Assembly: GCF_000406145.1 (NCBI RefSeq)
Contig: NZ_CM001976.1
Span: 3,712,855-3,744,854 of the forward strand
From: Dickeya dadantii NCPPB 898
Lineage (GTDB): Bacteria; Pseudomonadota; Gammaproteobacteria; Enterobacterales; Enterobacteriaceae
DNA length: 32,000 nucleotides
Reading direction: 5' to 3'
In this document: one piece after another, positions 16,491-24,799 of the stretch
How the letters are laid out: each line of letters begins with the position of its first letter
Position numbering within the stretch: the stretch's first letter is position 1
The notes under the pieces: model-generated
Told to the model about the DNA's origin: nothing
What the model saw: the letters and a program-made list of their open reading frames with translations, nothing else
The model's database searches: none
Translations under genes and position numbers: made by a program

Positions 16491-17696
16491 ATGTCTGCAT
16501 CTACTACCACCACGGCCGGCCTGAGCCCGGCGCTAACGCTGTTAATGTCCGCCGCCACCGGGCTGGCGGTCGCCAGCAACTATTACGCCCAGCCGTTGCT
16601 GGACGCCATCGCCCAGGCATTCAGCCTGTCGGTTAATCAGGCCGGTTTTATCGTCACGGCGGCCCAGTTGGGTTATGCCTGCGGCCTGATGTTTCTGGTG
16701 CCGCTGGGCGACCGCTTCGAGCGCCGCGGTTTGATAGTCGGAATGACCCTGCTGGCGGCAGGCGGCATGCTGATTACCGCCTCCGCCCCGTCGCTGTGGC
16801 TGATGGTGGCCGGCACCGCCATTACCGGCCTGTTCTCGGTCGTGGCGCAGATTCTGGTGCCGCTGGCCGCCACGCTGGCCTCGCCGGAAAGCCGCGGCAA
16901 GGTCGTCGGTACGATCATGAGCGGCCTGCTGCTGGGGATCCTGCTGGCCCGCACGTTGGCCGGCGCGCTGGCGTCGCTGGGGGACTGGCGCACGGTGTAC
17001 TGGGTTGCCAGCCTGCTGATGACGGGAATGGCGTTGCTGATGTGGCGCGCGCTGCCGCGCTATCATCCGTCAACCAACCTTAACTATCCACAGTTACTGA
17101 TCTCCATCTTCCAGCTGTTCGGCAGTTCTCGCCCGCTACGTACCCGCGCGATTCTGGGCGCGCTCTCGTTCTCTAATTTCAGCATCATGTGGACATCGAT
17201 GGCATTCCTGCTCTCCGCTCCGCCTTACCACTACAGCGAGGGCGTGATCGGGTTATTCGGTCTGGCGGGCGCTGCCGGTGCCTTGTCCGCCAGCCGGGCC
17301 GGCCGTCTGGTGGATCAGGGTAAAGCCAAGCTCTCCACGACGGCGGGGTTGCTGCTGCTGGCGCTGTCCTGGCTGCCGATCGCCGCCGGCGTCAGCGCCA
17401 TCGCACCGTTATTGATCGGCATCGTGGCGCTGGATATGGCGGTACAGGGGTTGCATGTCACCAACCAGAGCGCGATTTACCGTATGTTGCCGGACGCGCG
17501 CAACCGTCTGACCGCCGGTTACATGACCAGCTATTTTATCGGCGGCGCCCTCGGCTCGCTGATTTCCGCCTATGCTTACCAGCATTTCGGCTGGCTGGGA
17601 GTATCGGGAGCCGGAGGCGCTCTAAGCCTGCTTGCACTCCTGGTCTGGTGGCAAAACCATCATCATGAATCTTCGCAACCGGAGACGCACGGATGA
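16491..17696 (+). CDS. ygaY: MFS transporter (YgaY-like, 12 TM)
   Basis: 401 aa and hydrophobic, with the MFS loop motif VPLGDRFERRG. Its position between proX and ygaZ matches E. coli ygaY. No obvious SD precedes the ATG. Confidence 0.8.
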   Translation: MSASTTTTAGLSPALTLLMSAATGLAVASNYYAQPLLDAIAQAFSLSVNQAGFIVTAAQLGYACGLMFLVPLGDRFERRGLIVGMTLLAAGGMLITASAPSLWLMVAGTAITGLFSVVAQILVPLAATLASPESRGKVVGTIMSGLLLGILLARTLAGALASLGDWRTVYWVASLLMTGMALLMWRALPRYHPSTNLNYPQLLISIFQLFGSSRPLRTRAILGALSFSNFSIMWTSMAFLLSAPPYHYSEGVIGLFGLAGAAGALSASRAGRLVDQGKAKLSTTAGLLLLALSWLPIAAGVSAIAPLLIGIVALDMAVQGLHVTNQSAIYRMLPDARNRLTAGYMTSYFIGGALGSLISAYAYQHFGWLGVSGAGGALSLLALLVWWQNHHHESSQPETHG

Positions 17697-17795
17697 CGCC
17701 CCGCCGCCGCCCGACTGACGGTAAAACGCTATCGCTGGCGGCGGTTTACGCCTATGATGTTGTTTTTTCAACCAGTATATTCTTTCAATTCGTGG

Positions 17796-18557
17796 ATGAG
17801 CCCAAACACCGTGAATTCCGTTTCTTCCAGCCAGGCTGATGCTCGCACGACGGCCGACGCCTCGTTTGCCAGCGGCCTGTTTGACAGCCTGCCTATCGTC
17901 ATCGGTTATGTACCGGTGGCGTTCGCCTTTGGCCTGAACGCCGTCAAACTGGGTTTCACGCCGCTGGAAGCCATCTTTCTTTCCTGCATCATTTACGCCG
18001 GCGCCAGCCAATTCGTCATCACCGCGCTACTGAGCGCAGGCGCGTCTATCTGGGTGGCGGCATTGACCGTGATGGCGATGGACGTGCGCCATGTGCTGTA
18101 CGGCCCGTCGCTGCGGCGACGCATTATGCAACGATTGCCGACCGGCAAGACCGCCTGGTGGGCATTCGGACTGACCGATGAAGTGTTCGCCGCCGCGACG
18201 GCGCGGCTGGCGCGAGATAACCGGCGCTGGAGCGAGCCCTGGATGTTGGGGGTAGCGTTGAGCGCCTGGCTGTCGTGGGTCGCCGGCACCGTGATCGGCG
18301 CTGTATTCGGCAACGGTCCGCTGGAGGGTTACCCCGCGGTCGAAGCCGCACTGGCGTTTATGCTGCCGGCGCTGTTTCTGAGTTTTCTGCTCGCGTCGTT
18401 CAGGCGCCGTCAGAGCCTGGTGGTCGCCGCCGCGCTGGGCGGCGCCTGTTTGGGACTGCTGGTATCGTCCATCCCGGCCGCCATTCTGATCGGCATCGGC
18501 GGCGGTTGTCTGGCATCGCTGTATCAACCGGCATCAGTAAAGGAAGAAACGCGATGA
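17796..18557 (+). CDS. ygaZ: AzlC-family branched-chain amino acid (valine) exporter subunit YgaZ
   Basis: [50 protein letters not shown] is near-identical to E. coli YgaZ. The track start is 17754. The ATG at 17796 gives a length closer to the E. coli protein, but the start is uncertain. Confidence 0.85.
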   Translation: MSPNTVNSVSSSQADARTTADASFASGLFDSLPIVIGYVPVAFAFGLNAVKLGFTPLEAIFLSCIIYAGASQFVITALLSAGASIWVAALTVMAMDVRHVLYGPSLRRRIMQRLPTGKTAWWAFGLTDEVFAAATARLARDNRRWSEPWMLGVALSAWLSWVAGTVIGAVFGNGPLEGYPAVEAALAFMLPALFLSFLLASFRRRQSLVVAAALGGACLGLLVSSIPAAILIGIGGGCLASLYQPASVKEETR

Positions 18558-18895
18558 ATACTTCAGTATTATTGATTGGTTTACTGGTGGGAACAGTTAA
18601 CTTCCTGTTCCGATACCTGCCGCTGCGGTTGGGCGCAGGCCGGACGTCCGGTAACCTGCGGCGGGGCAGAACCGCCCTGCTGCTCGACAGCATCGGCATT
18701 GCGTCGATTTGTGCGCTGCTGGTGGTATCCACCCTGCCGGATATCATGCAGCACACGGAAAGACTGTTACCAACGCTGGCGGGGTTCGCCCTGCTGACGC
18801 TTTGTTTTTACAAAACCCGCAGCATCGTACTATCAACGCTGCTGGGCGCGCTGTGCTACGGCATAGTATTTAAATGGTTTCAGACGATGGCCTGA
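18554..18895 (+). CDS. ygaH: AzlD-family exporter subunit YgaH
   Basis: 113 aa ([27 protein letters not shown]...) within track ORF 18275..18895. The ATG at 18554 overlaps the ygaZ stop as ATGA. Confidence 0.85.
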   Translation: MNTSVLLIGLLVGTVNFLFRYLPLRLGAGRTSGNLRRGRTALLLDSIGIASICALLVVSTLPDIMQHTERLLPTLAGFALLTLCFYKTRSIVLSTLLGALCYGIVFKWFQTMA

Positions 18896-18994
18896 CCATA
18901 ATCAGCCAACGTCACTCGCACAGCCAAAAGACAATAAACGGCAACAGACCGTACCACCTGCACATATTTCGACCAGTGACAAAATAAGCACTAA

Positions 18995-19050
18995 TCGACA
19001 AGTTTCTCGCATTTACCTAATTAGTAACATTAGTTACTATGCAGGTCGTG
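18995..19050 (+). promoter_or_regulatory. Candidate mprA-emrAB promoter (TCGACA-17 nt-TAATTA) overlapped by inverted repeat TAGTAAC-N4-GTTACTA
   Basis: The -35-like box is at 18995-19000 and the -10-like box at 19018-19023. A perfect 7-bp-arm inverted repeat at 19022-19039 overlaps the -10/+1 region, as expected for an autorepressing MarR-family protein. Confidence 0.4.
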
Positions 19051-19069
19051 ATTAATAAGGTTGCCATCT

Positions 19070-19582
19070 ATGGAAAGTTCATTCGCCCCAATTGAAGACA
19101 TGCTGCGTATGCGGGCTTCGCGCCGCCCGGATTTCCCTTATCGTGAAGTCCTGCTGCTGCGTTTGTTCCTGCATATGCAAACCAAAATACTGGAACACCG
19201 TAACCGTATGCTGAAAGAACAGGACATCAATGAAACCCTGTTCATGGCACTGCTGACGCTGGAATCGCAGGAAAATTATTGCATTCAGCCTTCCGAACTG
19301 AGCGCTGCGCTCGGCTCCTCGCGCACCAACGCCACCCGCATCGCGGATGAACTGGAAAAGCGCGGTTGGATCGAACGGCGTGAAAGCGACAGCGACCGCC
19401 GCTGTCTGTACCTGTACATGACCGAGAAAGGCAAAGCCTTTCTGGATGAACTGCTGCCGCCTCAGCACCGAAGCCTGAATATTCTCTGCTCCGCCCTTGA
19501 AGACAGTGAAAGAGATCAGTTGGAAGTGCTGATGCGCAAGCTGTTACAGCGTCTTGATGAAATGGATCAGGACGGCATTTAA
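19070..19582 (+). CDS. mprA: MarR-family repressor MprA (EmrR)
   Basis: 170 aa from the ATG at 19070; the track start at 19061 is [32 protein letters not shown]...[54 protein letters not shown] is near-identical to E. coli MprA. Confidence 0.95.
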   Translation: MESSFAPIEDMLRMRASRRPDFPYREVLLLRLFLHMQTKILEHRNRMLKEQDINETLFMALLTLESQENYCIQPSELSAALGSSRTNATRIADELEKRGWIERRESDSDRRCLYLYMTEKGKAFLDELLPPQHRSLNILCSALEDSERDQLEVLMRKLLQRLDEMDQDGI

Positions 19583-19622
19583 CGCCCGTCGCCATTCCTG
19601 ACAGAGACCACCGCCATCGTTG

Positions 19623-19647
19623 CCTGCAAACCTCATTAGTTTGCAGG
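19623..19647 (+). other. 9-bp perfect hairpin in the mprA-emrA intercistronic region
   Basis: CCTGCAAAC-ctcatta-GTTTGCAGG is followed, 11 nt later, by T8A8 (19659-19674). The spacing is not that of a canonical intrinsic terminator. Confidence 0.4.
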
Positions 19648-19756
19648 TAGTGCCGTGCTTTTTTTTAAAAAAAACCGTCACCGCACGATACCGCCATGAA
19701 AGGCAATCAAAGGCCATGAAAGGCCGAAAAAAAAGAAATTTAACTGGGAGAGAACC

Positions 19757-20932
19757 ATGAGTGCCAACGTGGAAAAGCAGACTCCACCAACTATGCCATC
19801 GAAATCCAAAAAATCGCGTAAAGGAATTCTCACGCTGCTGATGATTGTGTTTTTCTTTATTGGCTGTGTGTGGTTTGCCTACTGGTATTTGGTGTTGCGG
19901 CACCATCAGGAAACCGACGACGCCTATGTCGCCGGCAACCAGATTCAAATTATGTCGCAGGTTAACGGCAGCGTCGCCCGCGTCAACGTCGACAACACCG
20001 ACTTCGTTAAAAAAGGCGACGTGCTGGTGGAGCTTGACCCAACCGACGCCGAGCAAGCCTTTGAACGCTCGAAAACCACGTTGGCCAATAGCGTGCGCCA
20101 GGTTCATCAGCAGATGATCAACGTCCGTCAGTACCAAGCCAACATCGACCTGCAGCAGATTGCGCTGGACAAAGCTATCAGCGACTTGAACCGCCGTGAA
20201 GTGCTGGGGCGAGCCAATGCTATCGGCCGGGAAGACCTGCAACACGCGCGCGACCAGGTCGCCAGCGCCAGAGCGTCGCTGGAAGCGGCCAAACAGCAGT
20301 ATGCCGCCACTCAGGCGCTGGTGCTGAATACTTCATTAGAGCAGCAACCCGCCATTGCCCAGGCTGCTACTGACCTGCGCAACGCCTGGCTGGCGCTCAA
20401 ACGTACCCATATCGTCAGCCCGGTGGATGGCTATGTCTCCCGCCGCAGCGTGCAGTTAGGCGCGCGCGTCACCCCGTCGTCCGCTCTGATGGCGGTGGTA
20501 CCGGCCGCTCCGCTGTGGGTCGACGCCAACTTTAAGGAAACCCAACTGGCCAACATGCGCATCGGCCAGCCGGCGACCATCATTAGCGACCTGTATGGCG
20601 ACAGCGTGGTGTACAAAGGCAAGGTGGTAGGCCTGGACATGGGAACCGGCAGCGCGTTCTCGCTGCTGCCGGCCCAGAACGCCACCGGTAACTGGATCAA
20701 GGTCGTGCAGCGCCTGCCGGTACGTATCGAACTGGATCCGAAGCAACTGACCGATTATCCGTTGCGCATCGGCTTGTCGACGCTGGTTAAAGTGGATACC
20801 GCCAATACCGACGGCAAGGTGCTGTCCGATGCATCCCGTGCAACACCGGCATACCAGAGTGATGCGCTGGATCTGGATCTGTCGCCCGTCAACCAGATGA
20901 TCGACCAGATCATCGGCGCCAACGCTGGCTAA
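19757..20932 (+). CDS. emrA: Multidrug efflux MFS pump periplasmic adaptor EmrA
   Basis: 391 aa, with a GGGAGAG RBS. It has an N-terminal TM anchor followed by HlyD-family coiled-coil and lipoyl regions (ETDDAYVAGNQIQIMSQVNGSV...). Confidence 0.95.
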   Translation: MSANVEKQTPPTMPSKSKKSRKGILTLLMIVFFFIGCVWFAYWYLVLRHHQETDDAYVAGNQIQIMSQVNGSVARVNVDNTDFVKKGDVLVELDPTDAEQAFERSKTTLANSVRQVHQQMINVRQYQANIDLQQIALDKAISDLNRREVLGRANAIGREDLQHARDQVASARASLEAAKQQYAATQALVLNTSLEQQPAIAQAATDLRNAWLALKRTHIVSPVDGYVSRRSVQLGARVTPSSALMAVVPAAPLWVDANFKETQLANMRIGQPATIISDLYGDSVVYKGKVVGLDMGTGSAFSLLPAQNATGNWIKVVQRLPVRIELDPKQLTDYPLRIGLSTLVKVDTANTDGKVLSDASRATPAYQSDALDLDLSPVNQMIDQIIGANAG

Positions 20933-20949
20933 CCCCAGAGGAGAGCAGC

Positions 20950-22482
20950 GTGACAAGAAAACCACTTGAGGGCATGACGCTGGCTCTGATGACGATCGCC
21001 CTGTCACTGGCGACGTTCATGCAGGTGCTGGACTCGACAATTGCCAACGTAGCTATTCCGACCATCGCCGGCAATCTCGGCGCGTCCAACTCACAGGGCA
21101 CCTGGGTCATCACGTCTTTCGGGGTGGCAAACGCCATCTCCATCCCCATCACCGGCTGGCTAGCCAAACGATTCGGCGAGGTGCGCCTGTTTATCTGGGC
21201 CACCGTGCTGTTCACCCTGACTTCCTGGCTGTGCGGCATGTCCACCAGCCTGGAGATGCTGATCGTCTCCCGTATGCTGCAAGGTCTGGTCGCCGGTCCG
21301 ATCATTCCACTGTCCCAAAGCCTGCTGCTGAATAACTACCCGCCGGCCAAACGAGGTATTGCGCTGGCGTTGTGGTCAATGACGGTGGTGGTTGCCCCGA
21401 TCTTCGGCCCGATCCTCGGCGGCTGGATCAGCGACAACTACCACTGGGGATGGATCTTCTTTATTAACGTACCGCTAGGCATCGTAGTGGTATTGATCAC
21501 CCTGCAGACACTGCGCGGGCGCGAAACCAAAACCGAAATCCGCCCCATCGACACGATTGGGTTAGTACTGCTGGCGGCGGGTATTGGCTGCCTGCAGATG
21601 ATGCTGGACCGCGGCAAAGAACTGGACTGGTTTAATTCGACGGAAATCGTGGTGCTGGCGGTAGTCGCCGTGGTATCGCTAACCGTGCTGGTGGTCTGGG
21701 AGCTGACCGACGACCACCCGGTGGTCGATCTGTCGCTGTTCAAGATGCGCAATTTTACCATCGGCTGCCTGTGCACCAGTCTGGCGTTCATGCTCTATTT
21801 CGGCGCTATCGTACTGTTGCCGCAGTTGCTGCAGGTCGTGTTCGGCTATACCGCCACCTGGGCCGGGCTGGCTTCCGCACCCGTGGGCCTGATGCCGGTG
21901 ATACTCTCGCCGCTCATCGGGCGGTTCATGCATAAGCTCGATATGCGCCGTCTGGTGACGTTCAGCTTTATCATGTACGCGGTCTGCTTCTACTGGCGCG
22001 CCTACACCTTTGAGCCGGCAATGGATTTCGGCGCGTCCGCCTGGCCCCAATTCGTGCAAGGGTTTGCCGTGGCCTGTTTCTTTATGCCGCTGACCACCAT
22101 CACGCTCTCCGGCCTGCCGCCGGAACGAATGGCGGCCGCCTCCAGCCTGTCGAACTTTGCCCGTACGCTGGCGGGTTCCATCGGCACGTCGATCACCACC
22201 ACATTGTGGGAGCGCCGGGAAGCGTTGCACCACGAACAGCTTAGCGAGGCGATCAATCCCTACAATCCGCTGGCACAGCAGACTTATCAGCAACTGGAAG
22301 CGATGGGCATGAGTCAACAGCAGGTATCCAGCTATCTGGCTCAGCAGATCACGGCACAGGGGCTGATTATTGGCGCCAACGAAATCTTCTGGCTGTCGGC
22401 CGGGGTTTTCGTCGTGCTGATCGTGCTGGTGTGGTTCGCCAAACCGCCGTTCGGCAGTCACTCGGCCGGCGGCGCGCACTGA
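20950..22482 (+). CDS. emrB: Multidrug efflux MFS (DHA2, 14-TM) permease EmrB
   Basis: 510 aa from a GTG start with GAGGAG 7 nt upstream. MTIALSLATFMQVLDSTIANVAIPTIAGNLG... is near-identical to E. coli EmrB throughout. Confidence 0.96.
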   Translation: MTRKPLEGMTLALMTIALSLATFMQVLDSTIANVAIPTIAGNLGASNSQGTWVITSFGVANAISIPITGWLAKRFGEVRLFIWATVLFTLTSWLCGMSTSLEMLIVSRMLQGLVAGPIIPLSQSLLLNNYPPAKRGIALALWSMTVVVAPIFGPILGGWISDNYHWGWIFFINVPLGIVVVLITLQTLRGRETKTEIRPIDTIGLVLLAAGIGCLQMMLDRGKELDWFNSTEIVVLAVVAVVSLTVLVVWELTDDHPVVDLSLFKMRNFTIGCLCTSLAFMLYFGAIVLLPQLLQVVFGYTATWAGLASAPVGLMPVILSPLIGRFMHKLDMRRLVTFSFIMYAVCFYWRAYTFEPAMDFGASAWPQFVQGFAVACFFMPLTTITLSGLPPERMAAASSLSNFARTLAGSIGTSITTTLWERREALHHEQLSEAINPYNPLAQQTYQQLEAMGMSQQQVSSYLAQQITAQGLIIGANEIFWLSAGVFVVLIVLVWFAKPPFGSHSAGGAH

Positions 22483-22519
22483 TTTACGAGCCGAACGACA
22501 TAAGCTAAAGCACAAAAGC

Positions 22520-22547
22520 AAAAAAGGTGGCCAAAGCCACCTTTTTT
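22520..22547. terminator. Bidirectional rho-independent terminator between convergent emrB and yfiF
   Basis: AAAAAA-GGTGGC-caaa-GCCACC-TTTTTT has an A-run and a T-run flanking a GC stem. Confidence 0.8.
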
Positions 22548-22567
22548 ATTCCCTCGCCGAACGGGAC

Positions 22568-23776
22568 TTAGCCGTGATTCTGCCGCCACCATTCCGCCAG
22601 CAGGATCCCGGTCGCCACCGAGATATTCAGGCTTTCCACATTACCGGTGCCGTCAATCGACACTTTGACGTCGCCCTGCTGCCAGGCGCTGTCAGACAAG
22701 CCATCCCCTTCCTGCCCCAGCACAATCACCGTTTTGGCAGGCAGCGAGACTTTCGATAAGGTCGTGCCTTTGTGACTGGAGGTGGTGACGATGGTGTAAC
22801 CGGCGGCGCGGAACTGCGCCAGCGCATCGACCAGACCATCAGCGCTGATCGCTTTCACATGCTCGGCACCGCCTTCCGCCGTGCGCACCGCCGCGCCGGA
22901 TTCCAGCTGCGCGGCGTCATTCACCAGTAAGCCTTTCACGCCGAAATGGGCGCAGCTACGCATGATGCCGCCCAGATTATGCGGATTGCCGACATCTTCC
23001 AGCGCCAGCACGCAGTCGGTATCCCCGGCTTCGCTCAGATACGCCGCCACATCCAGACCATGGCGTTTCTTGATCAGGAAACACACGCCGCCGTGATGCT
23101 CAGTACCGGACGCGCGAACCAGCTCGTCGTCTTCCACCACGTGGTAAGCCTTGCGGTTGGCCGCCATCCAGCGCAGCGCTTCACGAAAACGCGGCGTGAC
23201 TTCCTGCAGGAACCAACCGCGCACAATCGCTTCCGGACGACTCAGGAACAGCGCCTGACAGGCGTTTTCTCCGTAGACGCGGGTTTCTTCCGACCGCTGG
23301 CGACGAATCTGTTCCGGATCGATCTGGCTTTTGCCGCTGATGCCGCCGTGATCCGGCTCTTCTCCCGGTGCACGCGACACCGTTTTCCAGGGAGAATCCG
23401 CCTGTTCAACCGGCTCGCGACGCGGCGGACGCGGGCGTTCACGCCCTGCCGACTCGCTACGCCATTTGCCGCCGCGCTCGGCGCTATCCCTGCCGCCACG
23501 CTCTGCGTTGTCACGGCCACCACGTTCAGCATTGTCACGCCCACCACGTTCGGCATTGTCACGCCCACCACGTTCGGCATTGCCACGCCCGCCGCGTTCG
23601 GCATTGTCACGCCCACCGCGAGGCGCGCCATCCCGCCCTTTACGACCACGGTTGTCGCCATCGCCACGACGCTTATCCGGCGTACGTTTCGGCTTACTGC
23701 TCTTCTCGTCCCCGTCTTCGCTGCGGACGTACATGACGCGGACTTTGCCGCTCTTTCCACTTAATTCATCGCTCAT
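22568..23776 (-). CDS. yfiF: SpoU/TrmH-family RNA 2'-O-methyltransferase YfiF with an expanded RGG-rich N-terminal tail
   Basis: The track ORF starts at GTG 23788. The ATG at 23776 ([19 protein letters not shown], compare E. coli MNDEMKGKSGKVKVMYVRS) has a GGTGGAG RBS. The C-terminal SpoU domain includes [20 protein letters not shown]...[17 protein letters not shown]. Confidence 0.93.
   Translation of the reverse strand: MSDELSGKSGKVRVMYVRSEDGDEKSSKPKRTPDKRRGDGDNRGRKGRDGAPRGGRDNAERGGRGNAERGGRDNAERGGRDNAERGGRDNAERGGRDSAERGGKWRSESAGRERPRPPRREPVEQADSPWKTVSRAPGEEPDHGGISGKSQIDPEQIRRQRSEETRVYGENACQALFLSRPEAIVRGWFLQEVTPRFREALRWMAANRKAYHVVEDDELVRASGTEHHGGVCFLIKKRHGLDVAAYLSEAGDTDCVLALEDVGNPHNLGGIMRSCAHFGVKGLLVNDAAQLESGAAVRTAEGGAEHVKAISADGLVDALAQFRAAGYTIVTTSSHKGTTLSKVSLPAKTVIVLGQEGDGLSDSAWQQGDVKVSIDGTGNVESLNISVATGILLAEWWRQNHG
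23468..23635. repeat. In-frame 24-bp tandem repeat, about 6.5 copies, inside yfiF
   Basis: Units start at 23468, 23492, 23516, 23540, 23564, 23588 and 23612 (the last is degenerate). The central units, CCCACCACGTTCGGCATTGTCACG and variants, differ by 1-3 nt. They encode (AERGGRDN)n on the minus strand. Confidence 0.92.
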
Positions 23777-23856
23777 GTTGTTCTCCACCTACGCGCTGGG
23801 CGCGAAGATTACCCTATGTCCACCCGCTTAGCCACCAACCCGATCATAAAAGTCAC

Positions 23857-24125
23857 TATACCCAAAATAATTCGAGTTGCAGGACAACACGCATTGCGTG
23901 TTGAACAACGCAGTGCGTTGGCCCGACAGGGCAAGGCTCATTGAGCCTTGTAACGCGGCGACGCAGCGAATCCCAGGAGCTTACATGAGTAAGTGACTGG
24001 GGTGAGTGACAACTCTGCCGGGAGCAGAGTTGAACGCAGCGTGCTGCGGCCCTGAAAGGGCGAGGCCCAGGGATGGGCCGAGTAATAAAGCCAACACATC
24101 TGCAACTTGAAGTATGACGGGTATA
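23857..24125. repeat. ERIC (enterobacterial repetitive intergenic consensus / IRU) element, enlarged variant
   Basis: The core GCGAATCCCAGGAGCTTACAT (23966-23986) and GAGTAAGTGACTGGGGTGAGTG (23987-24008) match the ERIC1R-complement and ERIC2 primer sequences. The terminal inverted repeats are TATACCC...TTCGAGTTGCAG (23857-23882) and CTGCAACTTGAAG...GGGTATA (24100-24125). At about 269 bp it exceeds the canonical length of about 127 bp. Confidence 0.85.
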
Positions 24126-24286
24126 ACTATTATAACCATTGAGTAAAACGCCTTGTTGGCGTTCGGCCCGCTATCCATACTTATCCTGCTTTTCGCACCA
24201 CCGTCTGTTGATCTCTTCGCGTATGCTGGGCGCGCTTCCATCAACAGTACACTTGATTCCAGCCCTTTTGCTACCGAGGCCCGTTT

Positions 24287-24712
24287 ATGAATACGGTATG
24301 TGCATCCTGCCACGCCACCAACCGCCTGCCAGAAGAACGTAGTCATGATCACCAACACGCCAAATGCGGCCGCTGCGGTCAAGCATTGTTCAGCGGCAAG
24401 GTGATTAATGCCACTGAAGAAACGCTGGATAAACTGTTGCAGGACGATCTGCCGGTGGTGGTGGATTTCTGGGCGCCCTGGTGCGGGCCGTGCGTTAACT
24501 TTGCCCCGGTTTTTGAAAGCGTCGCCGACGAAAACGGCGGAAAAATCCGCTTTATCAAAGTCAACACCGAAGCGGAGCCCGGCCTGAGCGCCCGCTTCCG
24601 TATCCGCAGTATTCCTACCATTATGCTGTTTAAACACGGCAAGGTGGTTGATATGCTCAACGGCGCCATGCCCAAAGCCCCGTTTGAAAGCTGGCTTAGC
24701 GAGTCGCTGTAA
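24287..24712 (+). CDS. trxC: Thioredoxin 2 (TrxC) with an N-terminal zinc-binding CxxC pair
   Basis: 141 aa. [15 protein letters not shown]...[10 protein letters not shown] carries two CxxC motifs, and the active site is WAPWCGPC. It is near-identical to E. coli TrxC. Confidence 0.95.
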   Translation: MNTVCASCHATNRLPEERSHDHQHAKCGRCGQALFSGKVINATEETLDKLLQDDLPVVVDFWAPWCGPCVNFAPVFESVADENGGKIRFIKVNTEAEPGLSARFRIRSIPTIMLFKHGKVVDMLNGAMPKAPFESWLSESL

Positions 24713-24729
24713 GTCGTCTCTCACAACAC

Positions 24730-24751
24730 GCCCCGCCAATACGCGGGGCTT
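24730..24751 (+). terminator. Candidate trxC terminator hairpin (weak U-tract)
   Basis: GCCCCGC-caatac-GCGGGGC-TT starts 18 nt after the trxC stop. Confidence 0.35.
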
Positions 24752-24799
24752 CAGCTCGGCAGCCCAGTCGTTTAGAATGTCGCTTTTGAACGGAAAATC

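Noticed and set aside
18275-18553. The upstream part of track ORF 18275-18895, which contains ygaH
   Set aside because: It overlaps the ygaZ coding frame. The YgaH homology begins at MNTSVLL (18554), which is ATGA-coupled to the ygaZ stop.
19659-19674. The T8A8 tract as an intrinsic terminator between mprA and emrA
   Set aside because: The T-run lies 11 nt from the preceding hairpin and no GC stem abuts it, so it does not fit the canonical terminator geometry. I report it only as an unexplained feature.
21679-22521. A 280-aa minus-strand ORF inside emrB, with 19544-20245 and 20456-21007 inside emrA
   Set aside because: These are antisense shadows of near-identical E. coli orthologues, with no independent signals.
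23468-23635. The possibility that the 24-bp repeats are a CRISPR array
   Set aside because: The units are contiguous with no spacers, they are in frame inside a conserved CDS, and no cas genes or leader are present.
22946-23764. A 272-aa plus-strand ORF opposite yfiF, with repeat-derived frames at 23368-23831
   Set aside because: The repetitive peptides, such as PPRSALSR repeats, simply reflect the 24-bp DNA repeat read in other frames. The yfiF frame is the one with SpoU homology.
24126-24286. An OxyR binding site upstream of trxC
   Set aside because: It is expected from E. coli biology, but I could not align a convincing ATAG-N7-CTAT tetrad by eye, so I make no call.
23981-24739. A 252-aa minus-strand ORF covering trxC and half of the ERIC element
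   Set aside because: It is antisense to a clear thioredoxin-2 gene and begins inside a repeat element, so it is not credible as a gene.
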